A DNA stretch of 60,441 nucleotides, the filler included, from Nemertoderma westbladi (lineage: Eukaryota; Animalia; Xenacoelomorpha): NCBI GenBank assembly GCA_032718475.1. It is 3 parts of 3 records of this genome, joined end to end, with 100 filler letters (N's around TTAATTAATTAA, not from the genome) between each part and the next. Parts side by side here need not be neighbours in the genome. Positions count along the whole stretch, not along the records: positions 1 to 20,980 come from JAUCBJ010008958.1; 2 more parts are not named here. One strand, 5' to 3'. Each line of letters starts with the position of its first letter. Position 1 is the stretch's first letter. The notes beneath the pieces were generated by a model. That model was not told the origin of the DNA. It saw only the letters and a program-made list of their open reading frames with translations, and did no database searches. Below, piece by piece: positions 1 to 10,741 of the stretch. The position numbers and the translations under genes were made by a program.

Positions 1-80
1 GAATATAAACTGTTACTGTTCGACAGAACAGTATTAAGCTGTATTTAATGCTTACACTGCAATACAATATAAACTGTTAC

Positions 81-1336
81 TGTTCGCGCTTTCGAAGACC
101 TTTAGCAGTTTAACCTGCCAAAATTTATATGTCTTTTCGTTAAATAAAACCACTTTAGCATACGACAATAATTTATGCTAATACGCAAAACATTAGCCGA
201 AGTCAGCCCATGCGCGATCATTCACCCGATGGATCTACACCCGGGAGACTGAATTCGGATGCTTGAATTGTATTATTACAGTGTAAGGTTGTAGTGTATA
301 CCTAATGTACTATTCGATAGATCGTTAATAATTAATCTCTGACAGATATTATTGGCTTTCGGGAAATATTAACAGTTCCTTTAGGACGTGGCGCTTTACC
401 TATTTAAACAGAACTAAGACTTATACTAAACGCAACGATACTGCTGCTGATTAAAGTATAAAACGTATTCTTTAGGAAATACTTTGTTACCAATCACAAT
501 CATATACACTATTCTGCCGACAGTCAGTACATTTGATCACACATAAAGAGAGCAGTAATTGACTCGCGTAGGGTCTGCTAAATAACATTGGATTCAATAC
601 ACACCACATCAATATAAATCGCAATTGTTATATATAGCCGGTCTCTCTAACCTGTAGTGTTATCAAGAAAATTGGGAATTGGGTGATTTATCCGTATTAT
701 CCAAATAGCAATATTTCCATCAACAAATATTTACAATTAATAACTGACGGTAAAATAACAGTACAAACAATATGATTAATGAGTTAGGTGATATTAGATT
801 CGTGAGATTAGTAAGATGCGGTAACAGTTTATACTTTCGATAATTCAAGCAATTCTGCAGTTCACGGTACAGCAGTATCTATCCAAAAATGCCGGTGTTT
901 CTGGCTTAGACAGCAATAACAACAAAAGTAACAACTCTCTCTCTCTCTCCAGTCAGACCGAACACTCTCTCTATGATCCGCAGGAAAGCTACACGTCGAC
1001 AGGAAAAACCGCCCTGATTGGCCCAAGCCAAACAAAGAACCACGCTGCCAATGGCTGTTTCCATGTCAGCAACCAGCTGCTAGATGTCGTAATATGAATC
1101 ATCACGGCTAAGCTGTGAAAGGTGGTTTGTGCATTACAAGTTTTTGTCTTACCATGTCCGCTAAAACACGTATATAGCAGAATGATTTTTATGTCCGTTA
1201 AAACACCTGTAAAGGTACCTTGCGGGCGAGGGGAATATATCTACAGTTAGAAAACCTTTTAGAGTATTCCAGCGCCTGTGGGGAAACTGGATTGCGAAGC
1301 AAAAGGGGCCAGTTATATCCCACAGAAGCTTTTACA
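81..1336 (-). mobile_element. 5' LTR of a second, diverged copy of the BEL/Pao-related element (body lies left of the window)
   Basis: TGTTCGCG...CTTTTACA termini; highly similar to LTRs 1648-2919 and 10742-12013 except locally (~781-820, ~930-970, ~1280-1310); bases 1-80 match the leader next to 10742; flanked by ATTAT at 1337-1341. Confidence 0.9.
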
Positions 1337-1647
1337 ATTATAAACAGGTTATGCATAACGTTTTTTAATCTATAAGTAACTCAATCTGCGGAAGTCTACA
1401 ACTAAATAAAGTACTTCCATTAATTTATCAGCACACATGATTAAGTAACATATGTTACTAAAGGCTAGTTGCTTCGTTCTATTATTGCAGTAGTGCTCCC
1501 TTATTCCCTGATTCGACAACCATGCCTTATTGCATACCAACTCTGAAGTAATTATGGCCATTCGAGTTGCAGCTGTAAAGCTTACAACAACAGCAGCTAT
1601 TAGAAGAAATAGTACTGTATATTTAATAGGTTTGCAATCAATATTAT

Positions 1648-2919
1648 TGTTCGCGCTTTTGAAGACCTTTAGCAGTTTAACCTGCCAAAATTTATATGTC
1701 TTTTAGTTAATTAAAACCACTTTAGCATACGACAATAATTTATGCTAATACGCAAAACATTAGCCGAAGTCAGCCCATGCGCGATCATTCACCCGATGGA
1801 TCTACACCCGGGAGACTGAATTCGGATGCTTGAATTGTATTATTACAGTGTAAGGTTGCAGTGTATACCTAATGTATTATTCGATAGATCGTTAATAATT
1901 AATCTCTGACAGATATTATTGGCTTTCGGGAAATATTAACAGTTCCTTTAGGACGTGGCGCTTTATCTATTTAAACAGAACTAGGACTTATACTAAACGC
2001 AACGATACTGCTTATGATTAAAGTATAAAGCGTATTCTTTAGGAAATACTTTGTTACCAATCTCAATCATACACACTATTCTGCCGACAGTCAGTACATT
2101 TGATCACACATAAAGAGAGCAGTAATTGACTCACGTAGGGTCTGCTAAATAACATTGGATTCAATACACACCACATTAATATAAATCGCAATTGTTATGT
2201 ATAGCCGGTCTCTCTAACCTGTAGTGTTATCAAGAAAATTGGGAATTGGGTGATTTATCCGTATTATCCAAATAGCAATATTTCCATCAACAAATAGGTA
2301 CAATTAATAACTGACGGTAAAATAACAGTACAAACAATATGATTAATGCAATTAAATTAAGTAAGTAAAGTATCAAGGTGAGATGAGTGATTTAAGTCAG
2401 ATTTGATGAGTTTCATTAGGTAACAGTTTATACTTTCGATAATTCAAGCAGTTTACGGTACAGCAGTATCTATCCAAAATGCCGGTGTTTCTGGCTTAGA
2501 CAGCAATAACAACAAAGTAACAAGCAAAAAACAGTAAGACTGAACACTCTCCTTATGATCGGCAGAAAAGCTACACGTCGACAGGAAAAACCGCCCTGAT
2601 TGGCCCAAGCCAAACAAAGAACCACGCGTCCAATGGCTGTTTCCATGCCAGCAACCAGCTGCTAGATGTCGTAATATGAATCATCACGGCTAAGCTGTGA
2701 AAGGTAGTTAGTGCATTACAAGTTTTTTGTCTTACCATGTCCACTAAAACACGTATATAGCAGAATTACTTTTATGTCCGTTAAAACACCTGTAAAGGTA
2801 CCTTGCGGGTGAGGGGAATATATATACAGTTAGAAAACCTTTTTTAGAGTATTCCAGCGCCTGGGGGGGAACTGGCCAGCATAGGCAAACGTATCAGTTA
2901 TCCCACAAAAGCTTTTACA
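1648..2919 (-). repeat. 3' LTR of the BEL/Pao-related element
   Basis: Direct repeat of 10742-12013; preceded on the minus strand by a PPT-like tract (2920-2927). Confidence 0.95.
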
Positions 2920-2997
2920 CCGCTCCCAGAAAATGGGATTTAAGTCTATAAAATATACAAAATCACAGTTTCTAAAATACAAAAATACTCTAAACAG

Positions 2998-3960
2998 TTA
3001 GTCTTTCTTGCGCGGACGGCGTTTACGCAGTTTTTTGAAGCTAGCAAGAGTCCTTTTCTCTTTGGGGCGAGCCACTTTACTAGGAGGGCTATAACTCCTG
3101 GGTGAAGGGTGCAATATGATTGCATCAGAAGGTATGGGATTGCGATCGGTATATCCGCCGGTCGAAGTACCGGGTTGATGGACATCAACGTCCGGGGAGA
3201 GGGGTCTAACGGCTTTGAGAGCTCGTTTCAAGACAGCCGCTCTTACGGGTCCTTTACGAGTGGTCTGAACGAGGGCTGTGGGTGGACCATAGGCAGTTAG
3301 AAACTTCCTTGGTTTAATGGTTCTTTCTAACTCGCGTTCGCGGGCTCGATACTCGTAAGGCCGTCGATATACCTCTTGTAACTCAGGGTGTGAGTTGACG
3401 AATAAGTCTCCATAGGCAGGGTCTTGACGGATAAAGTTTATTAAGTTGTAAGACTGGATGTCACTCGGATTAATGCTCCTGAGGAATTTGCGTACATATT
3501 TGGTTGAAATACATTCTCCAACGCGCTTCAATAGTTCATAACTTGATAGGCGCGATTTCTGCTCGACGGAGGCAAACAAATATGGATGGAACGCATAAAC
3601 TCCTTCGTAGGCGCGTCCGGGATAATAGCGATGGCGTGAGTCACAATGTAAATCAGCGTTCGCTTCCCAAGCTCTTATATAACGTAGTACAATCATTTCA
3701 TCTACGCTCTCTAAATCATGGTTAAAGGGACAATCAAAGCTGGCGTGTCCTTTTAGTTGACAATGATGGCATTGAGTCATAAATTGGGGGCAGACGGCAA
3801 AAATGTGCAAATTATTAAGCCGACAATATGCACAATAGATTTCCATCGACAATTCCATAAAAAGAGTTCTGTAAAGGTCTAGCGCGTATGTTGACATCGT
3901 GTACCATACGACGGACAAGATCCGCTCGATTGTCCGGAGGTTCAACGAGTATACCGTCAA
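2998..3960 (-). CDS. Element ORF3: tandem CCHC zinc-knuckle protein with basic C-terminal tail
   Basis: CAYCRLNNLHIFAVCPQF (CX2CX5HX4C) and CHHCQLKGHASFDC (CX2CX4HX4C); ends KKLRKRRPRKKD; ATG options at 3897, 3858 and 3846; overlaps the end of ORF2. Confidence 0.75.
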   Translation of the reverse strand: MTVYSLNLRTIERILSVVWYTMSTYALDLYRTLFMELSMEIYCAYCRLNNLHIFAVCPQFMTQCHHCQLKGHASFDCPFNHDLESVDEMIVLRYIRAWEANADLHCDSRHRYYPGRAYEGVYAFHPYLFASVEQKSRLSSYELLKRVGECISTKYVRKFLRSINPSDIQSYNLINFIRQDPAYGDLFVNSHPELQEVYRRPYEYRARERELERTIKPRKFLTAYGPPTALVQTTRKGPVRAAVLKRALKAVRPLSPDVDVHQPGTSTGGYTDRNPIPSDAIILHPSPRSYSPPSKVARPKEKRTLASFKKLRKRRPRKKD

Positions 3961-5542
3961 CTCGAGCGGCCTCGATTGGCGGACGCTGTAACATAGGAGC
4001 GTCAGCGATAAGATTTTGCGATCTTATACTGATATCAACCGGTTGGGGTTGTATCTTTGCGAAAAGTTTATCTCCGAAATGCGGAACCATCGAGGGATGA
4101 CGGACGGTTTTAGAGTAGAGATCGGTTATGAGTATCTGAGTTTCGGGTTGGGCTAAAGCGGCTTCTTCCCTCTCATCCATTTCCGTATGCCTCTCCTCCA
4201 GTTGATTCTCCTCCGCTTGTTTCTGTAAGCGTTCTTCCAGAAACTCCTGTAGAGAATACGTACGTCCAAGCTCGATGTCCTCTTCGAGGTTTTGGATTTC
4301 TCTATCAAACTGCGGCAAGGCTAGCTCTTTTACCGATTGGACCTGCTGCTGTAATTTACGTTTCTCTAGAAAATCCTGGGTTCCCTTTCCGATTTTCTGT
4401 CGGATGGCGTCTAGAGCGTTTCTAATGACACTCTCCTCGACTTCCGTGGCAGGTTGTATCGGCGTTAATCCTGGCCGGTTGTAAGGATTAAAAGGCGAGG
4501 TTAGATGTCCGCGTCCCAATCCGGTTAAATAGGATGGTCGAATATCTAACGAACCTACCGCCGGAGCACCACCGATTAGCTGCTCGGGTAACACCAAATC
4601 CTTGAACAGTGAGTATAATTCGGGAGGATCTGTGATACTGTTAGGATCAAGAGTTTGAGGTCTCACGGGGAAATGGGGAGGTCTGACCGAGTATTCCGGA
4701 ACTCTGATCATGGGTTTATTTAGCGATCGTTTTAAACGGGCGATCGCAGGGGATACGTCGAACAGGTTTCGCTCGAAACTCCCGTAAGTATAACGCGTAA
4801 AACTGTGTTTAGCACAACGTCTCCGCGGATGTTTATGTCTTTCCGTTTGCTGGTTAGGTCTAGGACATGAGTCACAATAATACCAAAGACGTACGTCCTG
4901 CAGAGGAAACGCGGGTGATCGTTCTCCAGTTTTGCAATACTCTTCCATTTGTTCAAAACTGTCCGGGACAACAGGCAGTGGACGATCTGCGGTAAGATAC
5001 ATCATGGTGAAATAGAGTCGTTTGAGTTCTACCATGGGATCGTGATGGATACCTTGAGGATATCGAGTCTCTAAGTTCTGTTGACTGGCAATATTGAGAT
5101 AGGTTTCCCGCAAAAATTCCACGTAGTCGTTGAAGTTGATACGCTTATCGGGTTCTTCAACGTTTTCTCTGTCGAGTAGGTTGCGAATAGAGTTCTCGTG
5201 TTCTATTCTCGGTTTATCATTACGATTCCTCTGAGTATGATATTGGAATAAAACCATTTCCCTTTCGGTGTCTACATCATCGGTATCATGTAAATCGGTA
5301 GGATGGCCGGTAGTTAAGAAGTCCATATACGTACCATTGCGATTCGTATAGCGAGCGGTGAATTTTCTATAGTCCGCTTCGCGCGTAAGTTGTTCCTGGG
5401 ACATCGGCGGTTCGATATAGCGCCCATCGTCCTCCGTAATAGTCGGATCAGCTTCACCGCGTATCAAGCTATCCACAAACGCTTGTAAAGGTAGAGTATA
5501 TCGCTCTCTAATACCAAGGTCATCTTCTATTAATTCCGTCAT
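3815..5542 (-). CDS. Element ORF2: 575-aa orphan protein with putative Cys/His cluster and coiled-coil region
   Basis: Long uninterrupted ATG-initiated ORF in AT-rich DNA; YYCDSC...HKH...CAKH motif; E/Q/K/L-rich helical segment; no family recognised. Confidence 0.75.
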   Translation of the reverse strand: MTELIEDDLGIRERYTLPLQAFVDSLIRGEADPTITEDDGRYIEPPMSQEQLTREADYRKFTARYTNRNGTYMDFLTTGHPTDLHDTDDVDTEREMVLFQYHTQRNRNDKPRIEHENSIRNLLDRENVEEPDKRINFNDYVEFLRETYLNIASQQNLETRYPQGIHHDPMVELKRLYFTMMYLTADRPLPVVPDSFEQMEEYCKTGERSPAFPLQDVRLWYYCDSCPRPNQQTERHKHPRRRCAKHSFTRYTYGSFERNLFDVSPAIARLKRSLNKPMIRVPEYSVRPPHFPVRPQTLDPNSITDPPELYSLFKDLVLPEQLIGGAPAVGSLDIRPSYLTGLGRGHLTSPFNPYNRPGLTPIQPATEVEESVIRNALDAIRQKIGKGTQDFLEKRKLQQQVQSVKELALPQFDREIQNLEEDIELGRTYSLQEFLEERLQKQAEENQLEERHTEMDEREEAALAQPETQILITDLYSKTVRHPSMVPHFGDKLFAKIQPQPVDISIRSQNLIADAPMLQRPPIEAARVDGILVEPPDNRADLVRRMVHDVNIRARPLQNSFYGIVDGNLLCILSA

Positions 5543-7158
5543 ATTTGCTATCTGAGTTTGTTAATATCAATATAAGTTAATATTTTAGGTAAGCGGGCGT
5601 CGCTTCCTACTAGGCCTTTTGCCCCCGGACAGTGGGTTTCTCAGCGCCGATGTACCGCTGTCGCAGTGTTTACGCCAACATGTAGCACAGCACGACAACG
5701 ATAACCGGCACAAGTCCCACCACTGTCCGTCCCAAAGGCTTGAATCCACTTGAGGTTATCTCGGTAGAGTTAGGGCTATTTTACAATTGCGATTAGCTAC
5801 TGTAAACACACTTTAGTAGTAACATTCACCTATAAACGCACAAATTCCATACAATCATTACTTACTGCACACATGCATGCCATTTGTCCGTTAGTCAGTG
5901 TCTTCCAGAATGTCACGTATTTACTATGTATCCTTGGATACTAATAGTGCGCTATGTATACTCTTATGCTACGCAATGGGGCAAGCTTTTTATTGTTCTT
6001 TTAACTTGCTTCTAATTCTAGCGTGGGTGTTGCCATGGTGACATTATGGAAAACTAGCGGTAGAATTAGGGCAATCCTCATGCATACAGATCTGGGATGT
6101 TATTTAATAGTAATTCTTTAATTGTCAATATCCTCTTTATGCATGATTTTATAAATTTTATCGGCTATTGACTATATGCTGGAGATTCTCACACTCTAAT
6201 ACACTCAATATGAATCTCCGCTCCCATGATCTATTAATTACTGGAATTTTGGGAATGTTATAAATTGCACAAAATGACAATTTATGAAATTCATTCGAGT
6301 ATGAATTTAAATTTATTCCCGTGAATTTTATTATTTGATATTAAATTGACATAATTTGATTCCAGAGCAGGTCTGGGGACATAGGATCCTTAATTCTAGG
6401 AAATTTGTCTTTTAAGAGTATCGGTAAGTGCTACGATATCTTAATCGACTAGAATTGTTAACGGATCTGAATTTTAAAGATTTTAATAAATATTAAATTA
6501 ATATTTAGGATGGGCACCGATTTATTCCAGAACTTGTCTGGGGACGTTAACCACTGATTCTAGAATTTGTCTTTCAAGTATATCGGTGGGTGCCACGATA
6601 TCTTAATCGACTAGAATTACAGATGGTCAAAAGTTTAACAGATTTATTTGCGATTGACGCTACTGTTAGAGGGACATCACGCTACTATATGTATTATTTG
6701 TTATAAGGTAGAAGAGCAATATCGCACGAAGCAATGTCAGTGTGAAGAGGCAAGTCGTTTCCAAGGTCTACCCAGAGCTTGGTTTAGCCGAGACACGAGG
6801 ATCTGAACTTTGCATTCCTAATACTCTGCCTACCAATAATACTTAAATATAGTAGTGGCTTTACCGTACTTTAAGAAGTACTGACATGTCATCTTACTAT
6901 AGTCTCGCATTTATAATATAATACGGACAGTAAGGAAAGAGAAATAATTACTTCTTGCCGTCGCACTAAATATATATTATAAGTAATTATGTACGTAATA
7001 AACACTAATATATTGCACTAATCTACTAACATTCTAAAATAACATTTTACTAAATAAAATTAAATAAAAACGATTATAATAAAGTACATAATAAAGTTCG
7101 CATATAAAATGTAATAAAATAGATAAAATAATATAGTCATACACCCACTCCAGACGTA

Positions 7159-8520
7159 TCACGTTTGGGAGTCCCTAGATGTTTGAGGTATTAGGGAGGT
7201 GGTCGTGGGAAGAGTGTCTTGTCTTCCATAGTTTCCGGAGAGTTCTCTGTCTCTTTCCAGCAAACATAAACGACCAACTGGGCGATTGAGTTGTTGCGTC
7301 TCAAAGATTATTCCGGGTTTCTTGAAGTTGCGCCTCATTACAACGAGTTCTACTGAGCGCACTAGACCATCCTCCGAGATGTGCGTCTCGATGATACGAC
7401 CGATCTGCCACCGTCTACGTGGGAGGTCCGGATCTACAATAAGGACCATGTCTCCGGCGCTGACATTTTCCTGCTGCGCAAACCACTTAGTTCGAAGTTG
7501 TAGCGTGGGCAGATAATGTTTCTCAAAATGGTCAGCGAAACGACGGGATAGCAACTGCATAAGCTGCCAAGTTCGACGACAGTATTCATCTCCATCGGCA
7601 ATCTCGGATTTTGGGAGCATGGCTACAGGTTTCTTAAGTAGGAAGTGCGCGGGTGTTAGCGCTTCCAGGGAGTCGACACTCGATGAGACTGGCATAAGCG
7701 GTCTCTCGTTAAGATAGGCAGCGATTTCTTCCATTAACGTCCGTAGAAGTTCGTCGGTGAGATATGCGCGGCACGGCACTATAAAGTGAAATGCGGTCTT
7801 GACACTTCGAATCAATCTCTCCCAACTTCCTCCCCACCAAGGGGCGTCGGCGGCGTTAAAGGTCCAGCTAGACGCCGTTATCCGTAGCTGGTCATCCACC
7901 TGTCTTTGATTCCAGTCCTTTACGTAAGCCTGGATTTCGTTGTTGGCACCAATGAAGTTCGTTCCCTTGTCGGATCTCATCGTATTGCTAGTGCCGAAAC
8001 GAGCGATCTGTCGTCGTAGACATAAGACGAAGCTGTTAGTAGATAGATCGTTCACCATATCGAGATGGATAGCTCTACAGGTCATGCAGACAAAGATTAC
8101 ACACCATCTCTTGATTATAGTTCTAGCACGATATACTTCAATAGGGCCAAATAAATCCACACCAGTATTAGTAAAGGGTGGTTCATAAAAGCTTACTCGT
8201 TCCCTAGGTAATTCTGCCTCTCGCTGTGTTAAAGGCCTACTGAATACTTTCCTACAAGGTATGCAGTTCCTAAGAACTTGATTCAGAGCTCTACGTGGTT
8301 TATGAAAATAATAGCGGGTTCGAATCTCGCTAAGAACTCGTTCTCTACCAGCATGATACAGTTTACTGTGAACATCGACAATCATCTTGATTTGTACTTC
8401 AAGATTACTAATGAGTATAGGGAATTTAGTATCAAAAGATAATGGAGCGTTGGTAAGTCTTCCTCCAACGCGTATTAACCCATCTATCATTGTGCTAGAG
8501 AAGCGATCCCTTAAGCGCAT
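7159..8520 (-). CDS. Stand-alone BEL/Pao-type integrase (HHCC, DDE core, C-terminal DUF5641-like domain)
   Basis: GLIRVGGRL, H...H...CIPC, PPFTNTGVDLFGP, RAIHLD, RSDKGTNFIGA, APWWGGSWERL, LNERPL, LTPAHFL, GDMVLI, DGLVRSV, RPVGRLC are hallmark BEL/Pao integrase motifs; D, D and E are intact. Confidence 0.95.
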   Translation of the reverse strand: MRLRDRFSSTMIDGLIRVGGRLTNAPLSFDTKFPILISNLEVQIKMIVDVHSKLYHAGRERVLSEIRTRYYFHKPRRALNQVLRNCIPCRKVFSRPLTQREAELPRERVSFYEPPFTNTGVDLFGPIEVYRARTIIKRWCVIFVCMTCRAIHLDMVNDLSTNSFVLCLRRQIARFGTSNTMRSDKGTNFIGANNEIQAYVKDWNQRQVDDQLRITASSWTFNAADAPWWGGSWERLIRSVKTAFHFIVPCRAYLTDELLRTLMEEIAAYLNERPLMPVSSSVDSLEALTPAHFLLKKPVAMLPKSEIADGDEYCRRTWQLMQLLSRRFADHFEKHYLPTLQLRTKWFAQQENVSAGDMVLIVDPDLPRRRWQIGRIIETHISEDGLVRSVELVVMRRNFKKPGIIFETQQLNRPVGRLCLLERDRELSGNYGRQDTLPTTTSLIPQTSRDSQT

Positions 8521-9844
8521 CTGCGGATTTCTTAATAGCAGAAAATACCTATCGGAATCCTCATAGCATTGTTATATTGTTATTTATTGTTATTATATAT
8601 ACAATATATTAGAATACCGGTATGCTTATAATATATAAGTGTTATTACAGACTAGATTTGTCACAGAGTACCGGTATAATTTTAGCACAAATATATATAT
8701 ATATAGTAGGCCTATAATGAATACCGGTATACAGCTTACACTTATAGTATATAAGTATAATTCTGGACTAGAATTAATTACAGAGTACCGGTATGATTTC
8801 AGCTCAAATTTATAGAAATAAATATAATAAGCCTATGGTAAGTACCGGTATGTCAATTATTTTTAGAATAATTGAATTTCTGAATATTTTGGGGTTACTT
8901 CGTTACTTTAACTTACTTTATTACCGTTATTTAAGCAGTAGTCCAACTGATAGTGAGACCTAGTTTTGTATGGCAGGCCTACTATTTATAAATCGTTTGA
9001 GTTGATTTATAATAGATATATACCCGTTTAAAAGGGTTTTTGACAATATTTGAAATAAATGTTATTATTTCTGGGGAAGTCACTACACAGAAGCTGAGCG
9101 CTCTCAGTGAAGTGTTATTTATTTGACACTAAAACTGATAATTCTAATTTACCTAAGTTACTTAATACTACAAATTACTTACGATACGGGTGAGATTAAT
9201 TCTCTAATTAAACACAACAAAATGTTACGTACGAAATTTTTTAGGGTAATTTTACAGGAAGTCTACAAACCAGTCCAACAAAGGGTTAGATTTCTGGCTA
9301 TTACAAAGGACAGGGTACTACGGTATTTAAAATAATAAGTAGTAGTAAATATATTGTACTGTCCAGATAGGAAAATACCACCGCCTGACGACCTATAACC
9401 GTATCGCTATAGGTACAACGTTATGTATCACGGATTGTTCCTACCCAGAAGCTAATAGAGCTAACGAATGTGCCTATCAACCACTTTACAACACAAATAT
9501 ACTGCCTACACTAATTACTTCGGAAGGCACTGTACTTGTACTCTAAACCCTAAATTAGGTACAAGTACCGGTATAACAAATAATCAGTAGTTAAATATAC
9601 TTGAACAGTTAAAAGAACCACGGCATCTGCTGGAGTGACCGAAGCACAAAGTCGTCAGTCTTTACCTACGCCAAGCAGCCCTGATGTAGTACCGGGGTTA
9701 GTTTAACTATAACGGTATGTATAACAAGCACAATTACTGTAGGAATAAACTTGGGGACATGAATGTTGCGAATAATCGCATAAACTCTGAATAATAAATA
9801 TTACGCTACCCGTACAGAATACTCAAACAAATACAAACCAAACG

Positions 9845-10325
9845 CTGGCAGACTACTATCAAGCCTAAACAAACTACTGTATGTGCAGATTCTGAAACTG
9901 TTAGTTAGTATGCGTGCTAACACGGTAGTACGACTTACTCTTTAAGAGGGGATTGACCTTACAGTTATGACTGCCCCAACTTACTAACGGCACTTGATCA
10001 GACCAACTCTACACACGCAGCAATCCCTTCAGACCCAAAAATAGCTAGACAACAATCCAGCCTACAAATATTTGAGTAATAACTATTACGGTACCTGAAC
10101 AGACCACACAAACAAACACAGGCTAAAACACTGGCAGACTACGATCAAGCCTAAATAAACTACGGTATATGCAGACTCTGAAACTGTTAGTTAGTATGCG
10201 TGCTAACACGGTAGTACGACTTACTCTTTAAGAGGGGATTGACCTTACAGTTATGACTGCCCCAACTTACTAACGGCACTTTATCAGACAAACTCTACAC
10301 ACGCCGCAATCTCTCCAAACCCAAC
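9845..10325. repeat. Direct repeat (two copies, 286-bp offset) in the element 5' leader
   Basis: CTGGCAGACTAC... at 9845 and 10131; a ~100-nt core is identical while the flanks diverge. Confidence 0.85.
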
Positions 10326-10728
10326 CACAGTCAGACAGCAGCTCAACCTACAATTATCTGAACAATCTGAGCAGGGTCACACGCCTTCTGCTCAATATTA
10401 GCCTACTAGTAAATAAAACCAACAGAAATAAGTAGAATCTCAAATAAAAAATCAGGGCGGCCGTTCCCTGATTAAGTACCAAGACCTACCGGTATACAAC
10501 AATCAAAATCGAATAATACTAATGTACTTGTACAGCAGTACCGGTACCGGTGATGACAGTTAGGCCTACTGACCTACAAAGTACCGGTTCAGTTTTACCG
10601 GTCACTACGGTATTTTGCAACCCTATTGCTTACTGCAATAAGATTGTAAACTGTTACTGTTCGACAGAACAGTATTAAACTGTATTTAATGCTTACACTT
10701 GCAACCTTATTGCTTACTGCAATAAGAT

Positions 10729-10741
10729 TATAAACTGTTAC
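10729..10741 (-). promoter_or_regulatory. Non-tRNA primer-binding site (GTAACAGTTTATA), complementary to LTR positions 11514-11526
   Basis: Flush against the 5' LTR end; no TGG; exact 13-nt reverse complement inside each LTR (11514-11526, 2420-2432, 821-833). Confidence 0.7.

Noticed and set aside
81-2919. Tandem duplication or misassembly of one LTR
   Set aside because: The two LTRs differ in several blocks, are separated by 311 bp of unique sequence, and have different internal flanks (PBS side versus PPT side), so they belong to two insertions.
3815-5542. env gene in the BEL element
   Set aside because: No signal peptide, transmembrane helix or Cys-rich ectodomain pattern.
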